Part shown: positions 10,797 to 20,834 of the stretch, piece by piece
Position numbering within the stretch: the first letter of the stretch is position 1
Layout: each line of letters opens with the position of its first letter
Assembly: GCA_963737635.1 (NCBI GenBank)
Contig: CAVTTL010000001.1
Span: 2,336,001 to 2,400,000, forward strand
Source of the DNA: an uncultured Methanoregulaceae archaeon
Lineage (GTDB): Archaea; Halobacteriota; Methanomicrobia; Methanomicrobiales; Methanospirillaceae
Direction: 5' to 3'
DNA: 64,000 nucleotides
Program-made: the position numbers and the translations under genes
The notes under the pieces: model-generated
Seen by the model: only the letters and a program-made list of their open reading frames with translations
Told to the model about the DNA's origin: nothing
The model's database searches: none

Positions 10797-11438
10797 ATGA
10801 CTGCCGTGCATCCAAACCATGAAGAGGGATTTACCGGCCTTGAAGCTGCTATTGTCCTTATCGCATTCGTTGTTGTCGCGGCGGTGTTCTCGTACGTAGC
10901 GCTCGGCGCCGGGTTCTTTACCTCCCAGACTGCACAGTCAACGATTCATACTGGGGTCCAGCAGGCAAGTTCCAGCTTTGAATCTGTTGGGAGTGTGTAC
11001 GGCATTGAGGATCAAAACGGCATTTGTGACCCCGACAATAATTGTCTGCGATATATAAATGTGACCCTCGCCCTCACTGCGGGAGACACTCCGGTTGATC
11101 TGTCCCAGATGGTTGTATCCTATAATGATGGATCAACCCACTGGCCAAACCTGAGCTATGCTGGGGAAGACTGTTGGGGTCATTTTGATACGATGATGAG
11201 CGCCAATCTCCCCGATCAGGAGGGATCGTGGTGTATAGCGCAAAAGATCAACAATGATACGTCAGATACCAGTGAACTGCTGGGCCCGAACGAGCAATTT
11301 ATCGTAGCAATCCAGATGCCTATTACGACAAGGCCCAATACCAGGATTACGGTTTATCTCCAGCCAGCCTCAGGCGCAGCTCTTTCACTTTCCCGGACAG
11401 TACCCAGTGCGATTACTCCAGTCCAGATCTTAGACTAA
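10797..11438 (+). CDS. flaB: Archaellin (FlaB/ArlB family), solitary copy
   Basis: Class III signal peptide EEG|FTGLEAAIVLIAFVVVAAVFSYVALGAGFF and C-terminal LSRTVP. Confidence 0.9.
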   Translation: MTAVHPNHEEGFTGLEAAIVLIAFVVVAAVFSYVALGAGFFTSQTAQSTIHTGVQQASSSFESVGSVYGIEDQNGICDPDNNCLRYINVTLALTAGDTPVDLSQMVVSYNDGSTHWPNLSYAGEDCWGHFDTMMSANLPDQEGSWCIAQKINNDTSDTSELLGPNEQFIVAIQMPITTRPNTRITVYLQPASGAALSLSRTVPSAITPVQILD

Positions 11439-11448
11439 TCTGATTCGT

Positions 11449-12462
11449 ATGCGGGAATGGAAGATCATCCTGTTACTATTGCTACTCGTCGTCACAGTGG
11501 CGGTTATAACCGCCGCTCTGGTATCGGCATTTCTCCTGGGATCACATAATCTCCCTCAAAACAACGCCGTTTCAGATAACAACATCGTGGATTTGCAGGA
11601 GCCTCCTTCTCAAGACCCGGTGTTGAATACCACACCGTCTGAAAAATATGAGACCGGCCCAGTACAGAGAGAGTTTCCCTACATCGTAAACGCGAAGCGA
11701 GGAGAGATAACCATCACTCTTCACGCTGGAGTCTATAATGGAATAACAGATCCATCCATACCGGCCTGCGCTTTCAATAAAACCTCTTGTACCCACCAAG
11801 AGATCCAACACTATTTCACTGATAACATAAACGAACCTGTTCAGAAACAAGATTTGGACTCACTCGTAGATGCAATCAAATCCAAAACCCCAAAAGGAGA
11901 CGATCAGGTTAGGATAGCAATTAGTCTGGTTCAGAATATTCCCTACGACAACAATGAGGTAGAGGGATTAGATAACGGGAGTATTCTCACTGAGCGCACT
12001 CCTTACGAGGTCCTGTATGATAACGGAGGAATTTGTGAAGATAAATCGTTCCTCCTTGCCTATCTTTTGAGAGGGTTAGGATACGGGGTAACCTTGTTCT
12101 CATTTCCTGTGGCGGACCATATGGTGGTTGGCGTTAAGACCCCCACCATGTACGCCTATGACAATACCAGTTATGCATTTGTGGAAACCACCACTCCTTT
12201 GATCATTACCGATGGGAACGAACTCTATGGGTCGTCTTACCAAAAACTGACCGAAGTTCCAAGCATGTATGTTATTTCGGACGGAAACTCTTTTTCGCCT
12301 TCCTATGAACTTCATGATGCACGTGAATTCAACCAGCTTAACCTTGAAGTAGAACAGAACGGATGCCAGGATCCTTCAGTCTGTGCCTCATTATATTCGT
12401 TGGGTAAAAACTATGGGATGCGGATCCCCACAATGACGCCCTATTATACTTTTTTTGACTAA
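11449..12462 (+). CDS. Membrane-anchored transglutaminase-like cysteine protease domain protein
   Basis: N-terminal TM; VQNIPY, PYEVLYDNGGICEDKSFLLA, HMVVG, FVETT (Cys-His-Glu). Confidence 0.82.
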   Translation: MREWKIILLLLLLVVTVAVITAALVSAFLLGSHNLPQNNAVSDNNIVDLQEPPSQDPVLNTTPSEKYETGPVQREFPYIVNAKRGEITITLHAGVYNGITDPSIPACAFNKTSCTHQEIQHYFTDNINEPVQKQDLDSLVDAIKSKTPKGDDQVRIAISLVQNIPYDNNEVEGLDNGSILTERTPYEVLYDNGGICEDKSFLLAYLLRGLGYGVTLFSFPVADHMVVGVKTPTMYAYDNTSYAFVETTTPLIITDGNELYGSSYQKLTEVPSMYVISDGNSFSPSYELHDAREFNQLNLEVEQNGCQDPSVCASLYSLGKNYGMRIPTMTPYYTFFD

Positions 12463-12575
12463 CCTTTTTTTTACGGATGCTTGCATCTCTCTTGTAGTAT
12501 ACGGCTTCCTGTCAGAATGGTGTTCATCTGCATGGATTAACTGTCACATATTGCTTGAATCCAAAGTTACCGATA

Positions 12576-12872
12576 TTAAGGATCTCCGCCCTCTTTAAAT
12601 TCAATTTTTACATCGCCCGATATTTCGATCGAATTTTCGAGTTTGATATCAGTAGATTCTTCGCGTTTAAGTGCAATTTTTCTCCCATTTCTTAAGGTCA
12701 GTACCGCAATTTTGTCCCCCTTGCTTATTGGCGATAATTTTACAGCGACCGATTTTCCACTAATTGTCGGAATTACCACAACGCGATCCCCCTTTTTGAT
12801 AGGATCGAGTTTTATAGCGACGTGTTTTCCGCATGTTGGAAGGATAAGAACTCTATCCTCTTTTTTTAACAT
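12576..12872 (-). CDS. Hypothetical basic protein with three ~24-aa beta-rich repeats
   Basis: KKEDRVLILPTCGKHVAIKLDPI / KKGDRVVVIPTISGKSVAVKLSPI / SKGDKIAVLTLRNGRKIALK. Confidence 0.65.
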   Translation of the reverse strand: MLKKEDRVLILPTCGKHVAIKLDPIKKGDRVVVIPTISGKSVAVKLSPISKGDKIAVLTLRNGRKIALKREESTDIKLENSIEISGDVKIEFKEGGDP

Positions 12873-12944
12873 AACCCACAATACAATAACCCCAATGATA
12901 AACTTACCCCTCATGTAATGGAGTCTTATATCACGAGGCACAAA

Positions 12945-13160
12945 ATCAAACAACAACATTCTTGAACGCTTAAACGGCACATTCTGAGAGAGTACAAAGT
13001 AGTCAGAAGTTTTGACAGCGGGATGGGTCGGCGGAATTTGCAGCAGGGATGCAGACTTACTACAACTACATCCGACCACGTTAGGGAATCAATGGAATGG
13101 CTCCCACGCGGATGGCAAACGTTCCGCTGGATGACGATGATCGGGTTGGCAATAAAATAA
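12945..13160 (+). pseudogene. IS6-like DDE transposase 3' remnant
   Basis: Degenerate NNNILERLNGTF*...AEFAAGMQTYYNYIRP.*GINGMAP...WMTMIGLAIK*, homologous to the C-terminus of 50931-52079. Confidence 0.85.
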
Positions 13161-13310
13161 CATTTTTTTCCACGATTGCAAATAGATAGATATTGACCTA
13201 TTATCACACGTTTGCAACCATTAATTTTTATCTTGAGTAAATGTAATGGCGAATGTTTGAGAGGTGGGAGGGTTATCGAATATAACAGTAACAATATAGG
13301 GTTTGTTAAT

Positions 13311-13679
13311 TTAGGCGTAGGGTGCATTTTTTGGCCACCACCACCACTCTCTAAATGATCCATCATCTCCGATCTTTTGAAGGGGTTGAGAATCTAAAAG
13401 TTGGGTGGGATTTTGGGATACTACTCCGGTTAGGGTGACTGTTCCACATACATTACCACTATTACCGACTGTACACAAAATCTTCCACTCAATATTTTCT
13501 TGAAGTTTGTTGCCTTGTTGATCTACACAGTCACACGTGTATTTTTGTTCGGCATCTGAAGAGCACAGAAGATTTTCAACAGTGTCGGTTGTATTACTTT
13601 CTTGATGCCTTTGTCCAGTTTTTGGATCGGTAATCCACCGGTTTGTTGGGTATAACCCAATCGCAATTTTTTGAGGCAT
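13311..13679 (-). CDS. Hypothetical protein (AT-rich cargo)
   Basis: 122-aa ORF, Cys/Trp-containing; no recognised motif. Confidence 0.5.
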   Translation of the reverse strand: MPQKIAIGLYPTNRWITDPKTGQRHQESNTTDTVENLLCSSDAEQKYTCDCVDQQGNKLQENIEWKILCTVGNSGNVCGTVTLTGVVSQNPTQLLDSQPLQKIGDDGSFREWWWWPKNAPYA

Positions 13680-13813
13680 ATTGATCGATTTATAATGTGA
13701 AAGAGGTGATATTTAAATTTTATATAATAATCACTCACTCTAAAAAATCTCGAAGTCTCGCCAAGCACCAGATCTGGTGCAAATATCAAAAGTCCGCCAA
13801 CGCAACAGAACCG

Positions 13814-14323
13814 TTAATTCGTCTTCTCTTTCCTTTTCATCAGCACTGACTTGACTTCTTCCGGATGGCCTTTAGGAGAGACCTTTCGCCAGACATCGGT
13901 AATCACTCCTTCCGGGTTGATCAGGAATGTGTCCCTTGACGTACCCAGCATCTCTTTACCGAACAGCGTCATTGGTTTCCAGGAGTCATACGCAGTGAGT
14001 ACCGTATGATCGGGGTCGCTCAGGAGAAGGATGTTGAGACTATATTTATCGGCAAACTTCTGGTGGCTTTCCTGCGAATCGGTGCTTATGCCGATGACCT
14101 GTGCCCCCAAATCGACGAATTTCTCAAGTGCCGCATTGAACTGCATCGCTTCTATAGTGCACCCCGGGGTGTTGTCTCGGGGATAAAAATACAGTACCGC
14201 CCATTTTCCCCGGAAGGTATTCAGACAGAACGAAGTTCCCTGTGCATCCGGAAGACAGAAATCCGGAGCCGTTCTCCCGACAAATGGATCTTCTTTTGAT
14301 TCAGGCATACCAATCAAAAACAT
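13814..14323 (-). CDS. bcp: Peroxiredoxin Bcp/PrxQ
   Basis: APDFCLPD, LYFYPRDNTPGCTIEA, GISTDSQESHQKF. Confidence 0.93.
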   Translation of the reverse strand: MFLIGMPESKEDPFVGRTAPDFCLPDAQGTSFCLNTFRGKWAVLYFYPRDNTPGCTIEAMQFNAALEKFVDLGAQVIGISTDSQESHQKFADKYSLNILLLSDPDHTVLTAYDSWKPMTLFGKEMLGTSRDTFLINPEGVITDVWRKVSPKGHPEEVKSVLMKRKEKTN

Positions 14324-14422
14324 GATTGTTACCCATAATCTTAAAGATGCGTTTGATGCTCAGACGGTTGGTGATTCATACATCACTCCCTGCCGACACC
14401 GTGACAGAGTCCGTATGGGCAT

Positions 14423-14611
14423 TCAGGCATCCCTGCGGCTAAAAAGACCTATCCTTATCGAAAAATAACCCAATACCACCATAACAATTACGGCGATTGA
14501 GATGCCAGTGTAAAACGCGGCAAGCACAACACCTGCAATAATTAACACGATTCCGCCAGTCAAAAATTCAAAGCTTATTTTATCCTTATCTACCGTAATT
14601 CCCGCCACCAC
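14423..14611 (-). CDS. Small two-TM membrane protein (possibly truncated)
   Basis: Hydrophobic 62-aa ORF lying between IS-end scars. Confidence 0.45.
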   Translation of the reverse strand: MVAGITVDKDKISFEFLTGGIVLIIAGVVLAAFYTGISIAVIVMVVLGYFSIRIGLFSRRDA

Positions 14612-14999
14612 AAACTCAGACAGTAATAATTAAAAATCTTATATAAAGTACGATAGTTTGAAGTTCTGAAGCGTCTCCCGCCACGCACCAGTGCTTTTCA
14701 AAATGCCCGATCTCCCGCCTGGCAAGAAATGATTTTCGATATACCCGGCTTGACTTCCCACTATCAGAATGATAATCATTATAAATACTACATTAATTAT
14801 TCAACATATTTAGAGATTTTTTTGATCCGGTTCTGCCATTCGTTAAAAACGATAATCTATAAACACGAAGTTCTGTTGCGTCTTCGGTTGATTTGATAAA
14901 ATCAATGAGGTAAAAGAATTGAAGATCATCCATACTGCAACAACATTCAAAATGCACTAAAAAAAAAGTCAATTATTTTTGGATCAGTATGGTTCCCGA

Positions 15000-15300
15000 C
15001 ATGAGTGGCGTGGTCGGTCCTGCATTCTCCGGTGCACCCACCTAGTTATCATAGACCAAGGCATTCGTCGCCGTATTCCAGATTTGTATACGGAAGGTGT
15101 TTGGCACATTCTTACCTACTAACTTCCCTTCAGTAGTACTTACCAGGAACGTATAGCCACTTTTCCCGTCTACCGTACCGGTGCCTTCAAACCATGCAGT
15201 CGAACCATTTACTGCGAGCCACTGATAATTAGTTGAGAAGAAATTAAAGGCAGTGTCATTGAAGAAGAAGTCACTTACACCTTCAGGTGTGGATTTCCCA
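15000..15300 (-). pseudogene. Fragment of an extracellular beta-sandwich C-terminal domain
   Basis: FNFFSTNYQWLAVNG...FEGTGTVDGKSGYTF...FRIQIWN...VYDN*VGAP; no 5' end and an in-frame TAG. Confidence 0.55.
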
Positions 15301-15301
15301 T

Positions 15302-15839
15302 TCAGGTAATCTGCCGAGGACCGAACCGGATAACTTCGGCCGGGCAGAGACGGATACATCCGAAACAGAGCTCACAGTGATGTTGCCAGGCCGGCCTGCC
15401 ATCCATAAGTTCGATATTTTTGACCGGGCACATAGCTGCACAGATTCCGCATGATGTGCAATGGTCGTTGACACAGAAGATGCTGGTCTTCATGTTTTTA
15501 CATCACTCTTACCTATTTCTACATCCCGGCAACGCAACGGAACCGATAGTACTCACATGAGTTCTATCACGTAGTCAGCCCAGAGTCACAAGGCCAAAGA
15601 CGTACCGGGTTCCCGCGAAGCTGAGCCGTCGTGCACATTCTGCCACGGTCACCCGGGAGGCCCACATCATAGACCGGGCAGACAATCCCGACGCGTCCTG
15701 CCGGAGGGACAACGTCTCCGGTGGTATTCTTAAGCGGTGCAATGGGTACACAATCGCAGTTCCCCAGTTCTGTTGCCATCTTTTTTGCAGCGGCAAGCGA
15801 GTTGCCGGTACCGGTGAAATAGTAGACAACCGTCTTCAT
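15302..15839 (-). pseudogene. Disrupted second copy of an EFR1-type flavodoxin/ferredoxin
   Basis: N-terminal MKTVVYYFTGTGNSL (starting 15839) and C-terminal CTSCGICAAMCP...CELCFGCIRLCP are separated by two IS-end scars at 15527-15580; the middle is missing. Confidence 0.8.
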
Positions 15840-16642
15840 GGCCCGGGATTCTCCTTCCGGCGCATTAGTTCCGCAATGCTGACTGCCGGGTTCCGGTACC
15901 GCGGCCGTATTGTGGTCCGGGGACCGCCTTGGATCGCTTTTACCGGGCAGATGTGGATACACCCAACACAGAGCTCGCAGTGATGTTTCCAGACCGGCCT
16001 GCCTTCTATAAGTTCGATATTCTCTACTGGGCAGATGGCTGCACATATCCCGCATGATGTGCAGGTATCATCGACCGTGAAGTTCCGGTCATCATTATGG
16101 ACACGAGATACGAACCCGGGATGCCTAAGAGAGTAGATCAGTTGTACCGTGAGATGATACGGCAATTTCCGGTTCTCACGACGACCAACCATCCCCATGA
16201 TATCGGTGAGCTGTTTATCGGCTTTTGCGAGAATCTGCTCCCGCTTTTGTCCTACCTGGACACTGTGCATCAGGATGTTATTGCGGGGCATATTTACTAC
16301 AAATCCTGCATCCAATCCACGGTTCTTTCGCTTCTTAAGAATGCTGTTGAGCTGCTGCAATGCTGACGATCCTCCCAGTGCATATTGTGTGGCAACAGAG
16401 AACGTATACTGCGAATGTGAGAGATCGAGGCGTCCGGCAAACGAGGCCACAATTACCGGCAGACCCTCAGAATACACCGGGTAAACAATCCCGATCCGGC
16501 CTGCCCGCGGCGTTATATCCCCGGTCGTATTCCTCAGCGATGCAATCGGTACCAGTTCGCAATCCTCAAGACCGGTAGCGATCTTTTTTGCGGCGGCAAG
16601 CGAGTTGCCGGTGCCGGTGAAATAGTAGATAACCGTCTTCAT
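15836..16642 (-). CDS. EFR1 family flavodoxin-ferredoxin fusion
   Basis: YYFTGTGNSL flavodoxin loop; two 4Fe-4S motifs CTSCGICAAICP and CELCVGCIHICP. Confidence 0.92.
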   Translation of the reverse strand: MKTVIYYFTGTGNSLAAAKKIATGLEDCELVPIASLRNTTGDITPRAGRIGIVYPVYSEGLPVIVASFAGRLDLSHSQYTFSVATQYALGGSSALQQLNSILKKRKNRGLDAGFVVNMPRNNILMHSVQVGQKREQILAKADKQLTDIMGMVGRRENRKLPYHLTVQLIYSLRHPGFVSRVHNDDRNFTVDDTCTSCGICAAICPVENIELIEGRPVWKHHCELCVGCIHICPVKAIQGGPRTTIRPRYRNPAVSIAELMRRKENPGP

Positions 16643-16648
16643 GATCCT

Positions 16649-17908
16649 TTACACCGCTTCTACCGTGATCGAGCCAACGCCCTGCTTGATCCGGCACGTG
16701 ATGGTGGGGGCATCAGGGCGTGCTGAACTGGTGGTATAAACGTTCCCGTTTACCACAAAGCCCCGCACATTCGTGGCTCCGATTCCCCCGTGGATCTCTA
16801 CACTCAAACGGGCGTCTTTTGGCAGGCGTAGCGTCAGTTCCCCCACGCCGTTTTTGATGGTGGCGTCGAAACTCCCGCCGTGGTACCCGCTAAGGTCGAT
16901 CCATGTATCACCGACGCCATTTTTGATCACGAGAGAAGAGAGGTTGAGCTCCCCAAGGGCAAGAAGGGTCCGGCCGGCATGGTTTTTTACTTCAATGGCG
17001 ACCGGGACATCCCGACTTACCCGGACATCCCCGGTATATGCCGATTCGTCCGCGGGCCAATCGTCTGCGCACCACCAGGAAAAATGCCGGTTCCGGATCC
17101 AGACCCGTTTTGTCGCGCCGTCCATCGAAGATGAGTACGTGAGCGGACCCATACAGCCTAAGGAGCCGCTCGTCATGCTCACGAGAGCCTGGCCGTCGGT
17201 CATGCTGCCGAGGTTCAGCTCACCGGCGCCCATGCGTACCTGGAGATCGAGTGCGGCTGCACCGTCCCTGCCGATTGCAAACGTCTGGGGAAATTCCTGC
17301 TGCGACGGGAAGAGCCCGGCATCTTTTTTTGCCGGGAGTTTTCCCTTGAGGTGCCGGATGGTGAGGCGGCCAAAGAAATGCGCAAGCCACACGTCTGCGA
17401 CAAGGATGATGATCCCTGCAATAACGATCCCAAGGGAGACGAGCACCCCTGGTGCCGAGGAGAAGTGCAAGGGGTGCCAGGGAAGGGTGAGCGCAATTCC
17501 CAGCAGTTTTAAGACTGCGAGGAGCAGCAGGACCGCCCCCCCGCAAATCATGGAAAGGCCGGCGATAAAGACCAGGCCGAAGACGACCGCAAAGAGGATG
17601 AACGGCACGATCACAACGGCGAAGTTGAGGCCGTGAAGCCGGGTTGTGGCCCGGGTTGCCTGCCAGATCGTGCCGGCACTCTTGGTCTGCTCAGCCTTGT
17701 GAATCAGGTACGCCGCCCGCATTTCCTTTGCCACGTCCTCTGGCGATCCCAGCGCCCGGCAGAGTTCTTCTTCGGTCCGGCCCCGGGACTTCCCGATGGC
17801 AAAATGCCCGGCATATTCTTCCAGGATCTCATCGAGGTCCTCGCTGGTGACATACCCGGTAAGCCGGTCCCTGAGTGTGTCCAGGTATTCTTTTTCAGTC
17901 TGCACCAT
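16649..17908 (-). CDS. DUF1700/HAAS membrane protein fused to a C-terminal toast-rack (DUF2154/LiaF-like) beta-repeat domain
   Basis: [10 protein letters not shown]...[10 protein letters not shown]...[20 protein letters not shown]; three TMs; GAGEL/GVGDT/GVGEL/GIGAT/GVGSI repeats. Confidence 0.82.
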   Translation of the reverse strand: MVQTEKEYLDTLRDRLTGYVTSEDLDEILEEYAGHFAIGKSRGRTEEELCRALGSPEDVAKEMRAAYLIHKAEQTKSAGTIWQATRATTRLHGLNFAVVIVPFILFAVVFGLVFIAGLSMICGGAVLLLLAVLKLLGIALTLPWHPLHFSSAPGVLVSLGIVIAGIIILVADVWLAHFFGRLTIRHLKGKLPAKKDAGLFPSQQEFPQTFAIGRDGAAALDLQVRMGAGELNLGSMTDGQALVSMTSGSLGCMGPLTYSSSMDGATKRVWIRNRHFSWWCADDWPADESAYTGDVRVSRDVPVAIEVKNHAGRTLLALGELNLSSLVIKNGVGDTWIDLSGYHGGSFDATIKNGVGELTLRLPKDARLSVEIHGGIGATNVRGFVVNGNVYTTSSARPDAPTITCRIKQGVGSITVEAV

Positions 17909-18221
17909 GTGGTTCACCTTCCAGAAGCGCTTTGACGGATGCCGCAAAATGGATCCATTCATCGCGCTGTTCTTGTTCCTTTGTCTTTCCTGCATCGGTT
18001 AACCGGTAATATTTCCGTGGGGGGCCTTCACCGGATTCCTGCAGGTAGGTGGTTACCAATCCTTCGTCTTTGAGCCGGTGGAGCAGGGGGTAGATGGTAC
18101 CTTCTGCAATGTCGATCTTTTTTGAGATCTCGTCCACGAGCTCGTACCCGTAACAGTCTTTTCTGGCAAGCACGCAGAGGACGCAGATCTCGAGCACTCC
18201 TTTTTTGAACTGGATATTCAT
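17895..18221 (-). CDS. PadR family transcriptional regulator
   Basis: [34 protein letters not shown]. Confidence 0.95.
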   Translation of the reverse strand: MNIQFKKGVLEICVLCVLARKDCYGYELVDEISKKIDIAEGTIYPLLHRLKDEGLVTTYLQESGEGPPRKYYRLTDAGKTKEQEQRDEWIHFAASVKALLEGEPHGAD

Positions 18222-18281
18222 GGCATCCCCGTTATCATTTCATACACCCGGGCCGATGAGCGGCCGTCGCAATGAGTTGCG

Positions 18282-18315
18282 TAACACTGTATCTTGCATT
18301 GTAAGATACATGTTA
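18282..18315. promoter_or_regulatory. Palindromic PadR-type operator
   Basis: taaca-c-tgtatcttgca-t-tgtaagataca-tgtta upstream of padR. Confidence 0.6.
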
Positions 18316-18510
18316 GTGTTTGGATGAGAGGTATATTAAAGCATCGGAGAACGGCGCTTTTCACCTGAACCCCCTTTTTGCATCTCACGGAGATCACTCG
18401 TTCCTTTAAGAGGAGCTAAAAAACGAGGCACCATTTTTGAGGCCTCATGTCGTTTTTAGCACTGCACAATTACGACTATTTTATCATCGAAGGATAATTC
18501 AGAGGCTATC

Positions 18511-19350
18511 ATGCAAATGGTCATTTCAGAAGACGGTACACAGATCGTTTTTGATAAAATAGGTAAAGGCCCCGTCCTTATACTGGTCGCCGGTGCGTTC
18601 CAATACAGGGCAATTGACGAGCGGACGAAACGACTTGCCGGGCTTCTCGGAAAACACTTCACGGTGTATAACTATGATCGCCGGGGAAGAGGAGACAGTA
18701 CTGACACCCGGCCATATGCCGTAGAACGGGAGATTGAAGACCTTAATGCCCTCATCAAAGATGCTGGTAGATCGGTATATGTATTTGGCATGTCGTCAGG
18801 AGCCGTTCTTGCTCTCCATTCAGCCGCACGAGGTCTTGATATTACTAAACTGGCGGTGTATGAGCCGCCGTTCAACTCCGGGGATAAGGACGCCCGCCAG
18901 GCAGCGGAACGCTATACACAACAGTTGATCCTTCTGCTGTCAGAGGGCCGCCGGAGCGAGGCCGTTGAACTGGCACGGACGAGCTTTGGGGCGCCTCCCC
19001 ACGTGATCGCCGGGATGAAACAGACCCCCGTGTGGTCACTGTTTGAGGCTGTTGCACCGACGCTTGCGTATGATAATGAGATCATGGGTGATGGTTCCTT
19101 ACCGGAAAAACTGGTTGCGTCGGTGACGATGCCCCTCCTTGTCATAGACGGGGGAGCCAGCCCTCCCTTCATGCGTAATGCCGCAAAAGCAGTGAGTGAG
19201 ACAGCTCCCCGGGCGCAGTATCGTACCCTGGAAGGCCAGACTCACGAATATGATCCGGATGTCCTAGCCCCCGTGCTTATTGGGTTTTTTTTCTTCCTGA
19301 AAACAACGCATGTATGCTTCCCGGAAACCCTTTCACTCATCTTAAGCTGA
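18511..19350 (+). CDS. Alpha/beta hydrolase
   Basis: YDRRGRGDS, FGMSSGA nucleophile elbow, LEGQTH; the C-terminus may be shifted at a T run. Confidence 0.9.
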   Translation: MQMVISEDGTQIVFDKIGKGPVLILVAGAFQYRAIDERTKRLAGLLGKHFTVYNYDRRGRGDSTDTRPYAVEREIEDLNALIKDAGRSVYVFGMSSGAVLALHSAARGLDITKLAVYEPPFNSGDKDARQAAERYTQQLILLLSEGRRSEAVELARTSFGAPPHVIAGMKQTPVWSLFEAVAPTLAYDNEIMGDGSLPEKLVASVTMPLLVIDGGASPPFMRNAAKAVSETAPRAQYRTLEGQTHEYDPDVLAPVLIGFFFFLKTTHVCFPETLSLILS

Positions 19351-19490
19351 CCCGGAATATGAGTGAATTCCCCTTTTCAGCGAGATGGTTTAGCGGCCTA
19401 CTACCCAGTCCCATGGTCTCCTTACCTGACGGACTGATCCGGGTGATGCATACGGTAGGTTATCCCGGGAAACGCAAACGATACGGTTGT

Positions 19491-19939
19491 TCACCGGGCA
19501 TGCTCGTCATACCACGCCCGGATCTGGTCCTGGAGCGCTGCGTTAGTCTTCTCAAGTTCTGCATAGACCTTCTTTATCGCATCCGTAACCGGGGCCGGTA
19601 ATTGTGCGAAGACGGCGTCCGGTGCCAGGTCCGTGTGGACCCGTAGTTTTCCCGTGTCGTCCCTGGTAACGCAGACCTCAAATGAACAGACCCGGTCGAG
19701 AGAATCCACAGGTTTGTCTGCTGCAGCTTCGGTAATTTTGAGCGCCACCTCAATGGATTTTTTATTGTTGTCATTGTCGACTTTTAACCGGACAATGGGA
19801 AAATGGGGTACGGCATTGACAAAGAAAGCATCCTTTTCCTTGTTCACGAAGATCGAATAGTTAAACACCTCAAGCTTTTGTGAGGCGATGAGGTAATCCA
19901 CAAAACTTTTGATGAGATCTGACTGCTTATTGTCGCTCA
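19491..19939 (-). CDS. Hypothetical protein
   Basis: Likely start MSDNKQS after ggtgga; the longer ORF-track start crosses an IS-end scar. Confidence 0.6.
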
Positions 19940-20049
19940 TACATTCCACCCGGATGACTATTCCTCTGTACAGGTTCTTGTTGCTCTCCTTATACATTAA
20001 ATTCCCGGTTCTTTCCCGCGGGACGATCCTTTCGGGTGCCGGTCCGGAT

Positions 20050-20765
20050 GGTTCTGATTCGACAGCGGGATTTTTTTCAAATCCGGTGTTTTCTACGAAA
20101 AACACATCCACTGACTACTTCTCTTTGACTGCATTCCCCCTCCGGTAGATCTATCCGAGATCTTTTGTAGCTGGACGGAAAGAATGCCTATCCGGTGCAG
20201 TCATGAAAGACGAACGTGAAAGAAACAGGAAGATGGTAGAGGAGTTCTACCATCTTTCCTTAAATCGTGGGAGGCCAGAAGAGGCCGCCGAAAAGTGCCT
20301 GGGACCGTACTACCGGCAGCACAATCCCGGGGCAGCGGATGGCGCAGAGGCTTTCATTGGATTTGTCCGGGGGTTCCGACAGGCATTTCCCCATCTCCGG
20401 TTTGATTTCCGGCGGTTCATCGCCCAAGACGACCTGGTGGTAGTCCACAGTCACCTGGTGAGGGAGCCCGGGGACCGGGGCGTTGCCGTCATGGATATCT
20501 TCCGGATCGAGAACGACCGGATAGTCGAGCACTGGGATGTCCTGCAAGATGTCCCGGAAACGGCGGCCAACAGCAACACCATGTTTTAAGGATCGGATTT
20601 GCCTCTCCGTCCCCGGTAAATCATATCAACTCACCGGAAAATTCGAAGATGCAGATCTTTTTTTTTATTCTATGGTTCTTCTGGACCGTATTTTTTCCTT
20701 GAATTCCCATGATTACTAAATCATTTCGGAGAAAAATCCTCATCAACCGCAAATGCATCAGAACC
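20050..20765. mobile_element. Putative non-autonomous IS6-type unit carrying a SnoaL-like gene
   Basis: Inward-facing degenerate ends ggttctgattcgacagcgggat (20050) and accgcaaatgcatcagaacc (20765). Confidence 0.45.
20203..20589 (+). CDS. SnoaL/NTF2-like protein
   Basis: YRQHNP..ADG, DLVVVH, DIFRIENDRIVEHWDVLQ. Confidence 0.9.
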   Translation: MKDERERNRKMVEEFYHLSLNRGRPEEAAEKCLGPYYRQHNPGAADGAEAFIGFVRGFRQAFPHLRFDFRRFIAQDDLVVVHSHLVREPGDRGVAVMDIFRIENDRIVEHWDVLQDVPETAANSNTMF

Positions 20766-20834
20766 AATCCTAACATGGTGGAAAAAAGAGGATATTACCC
20801 ACCGGTAATCTCTGCTCCCTTAAAACTCGTGGCG

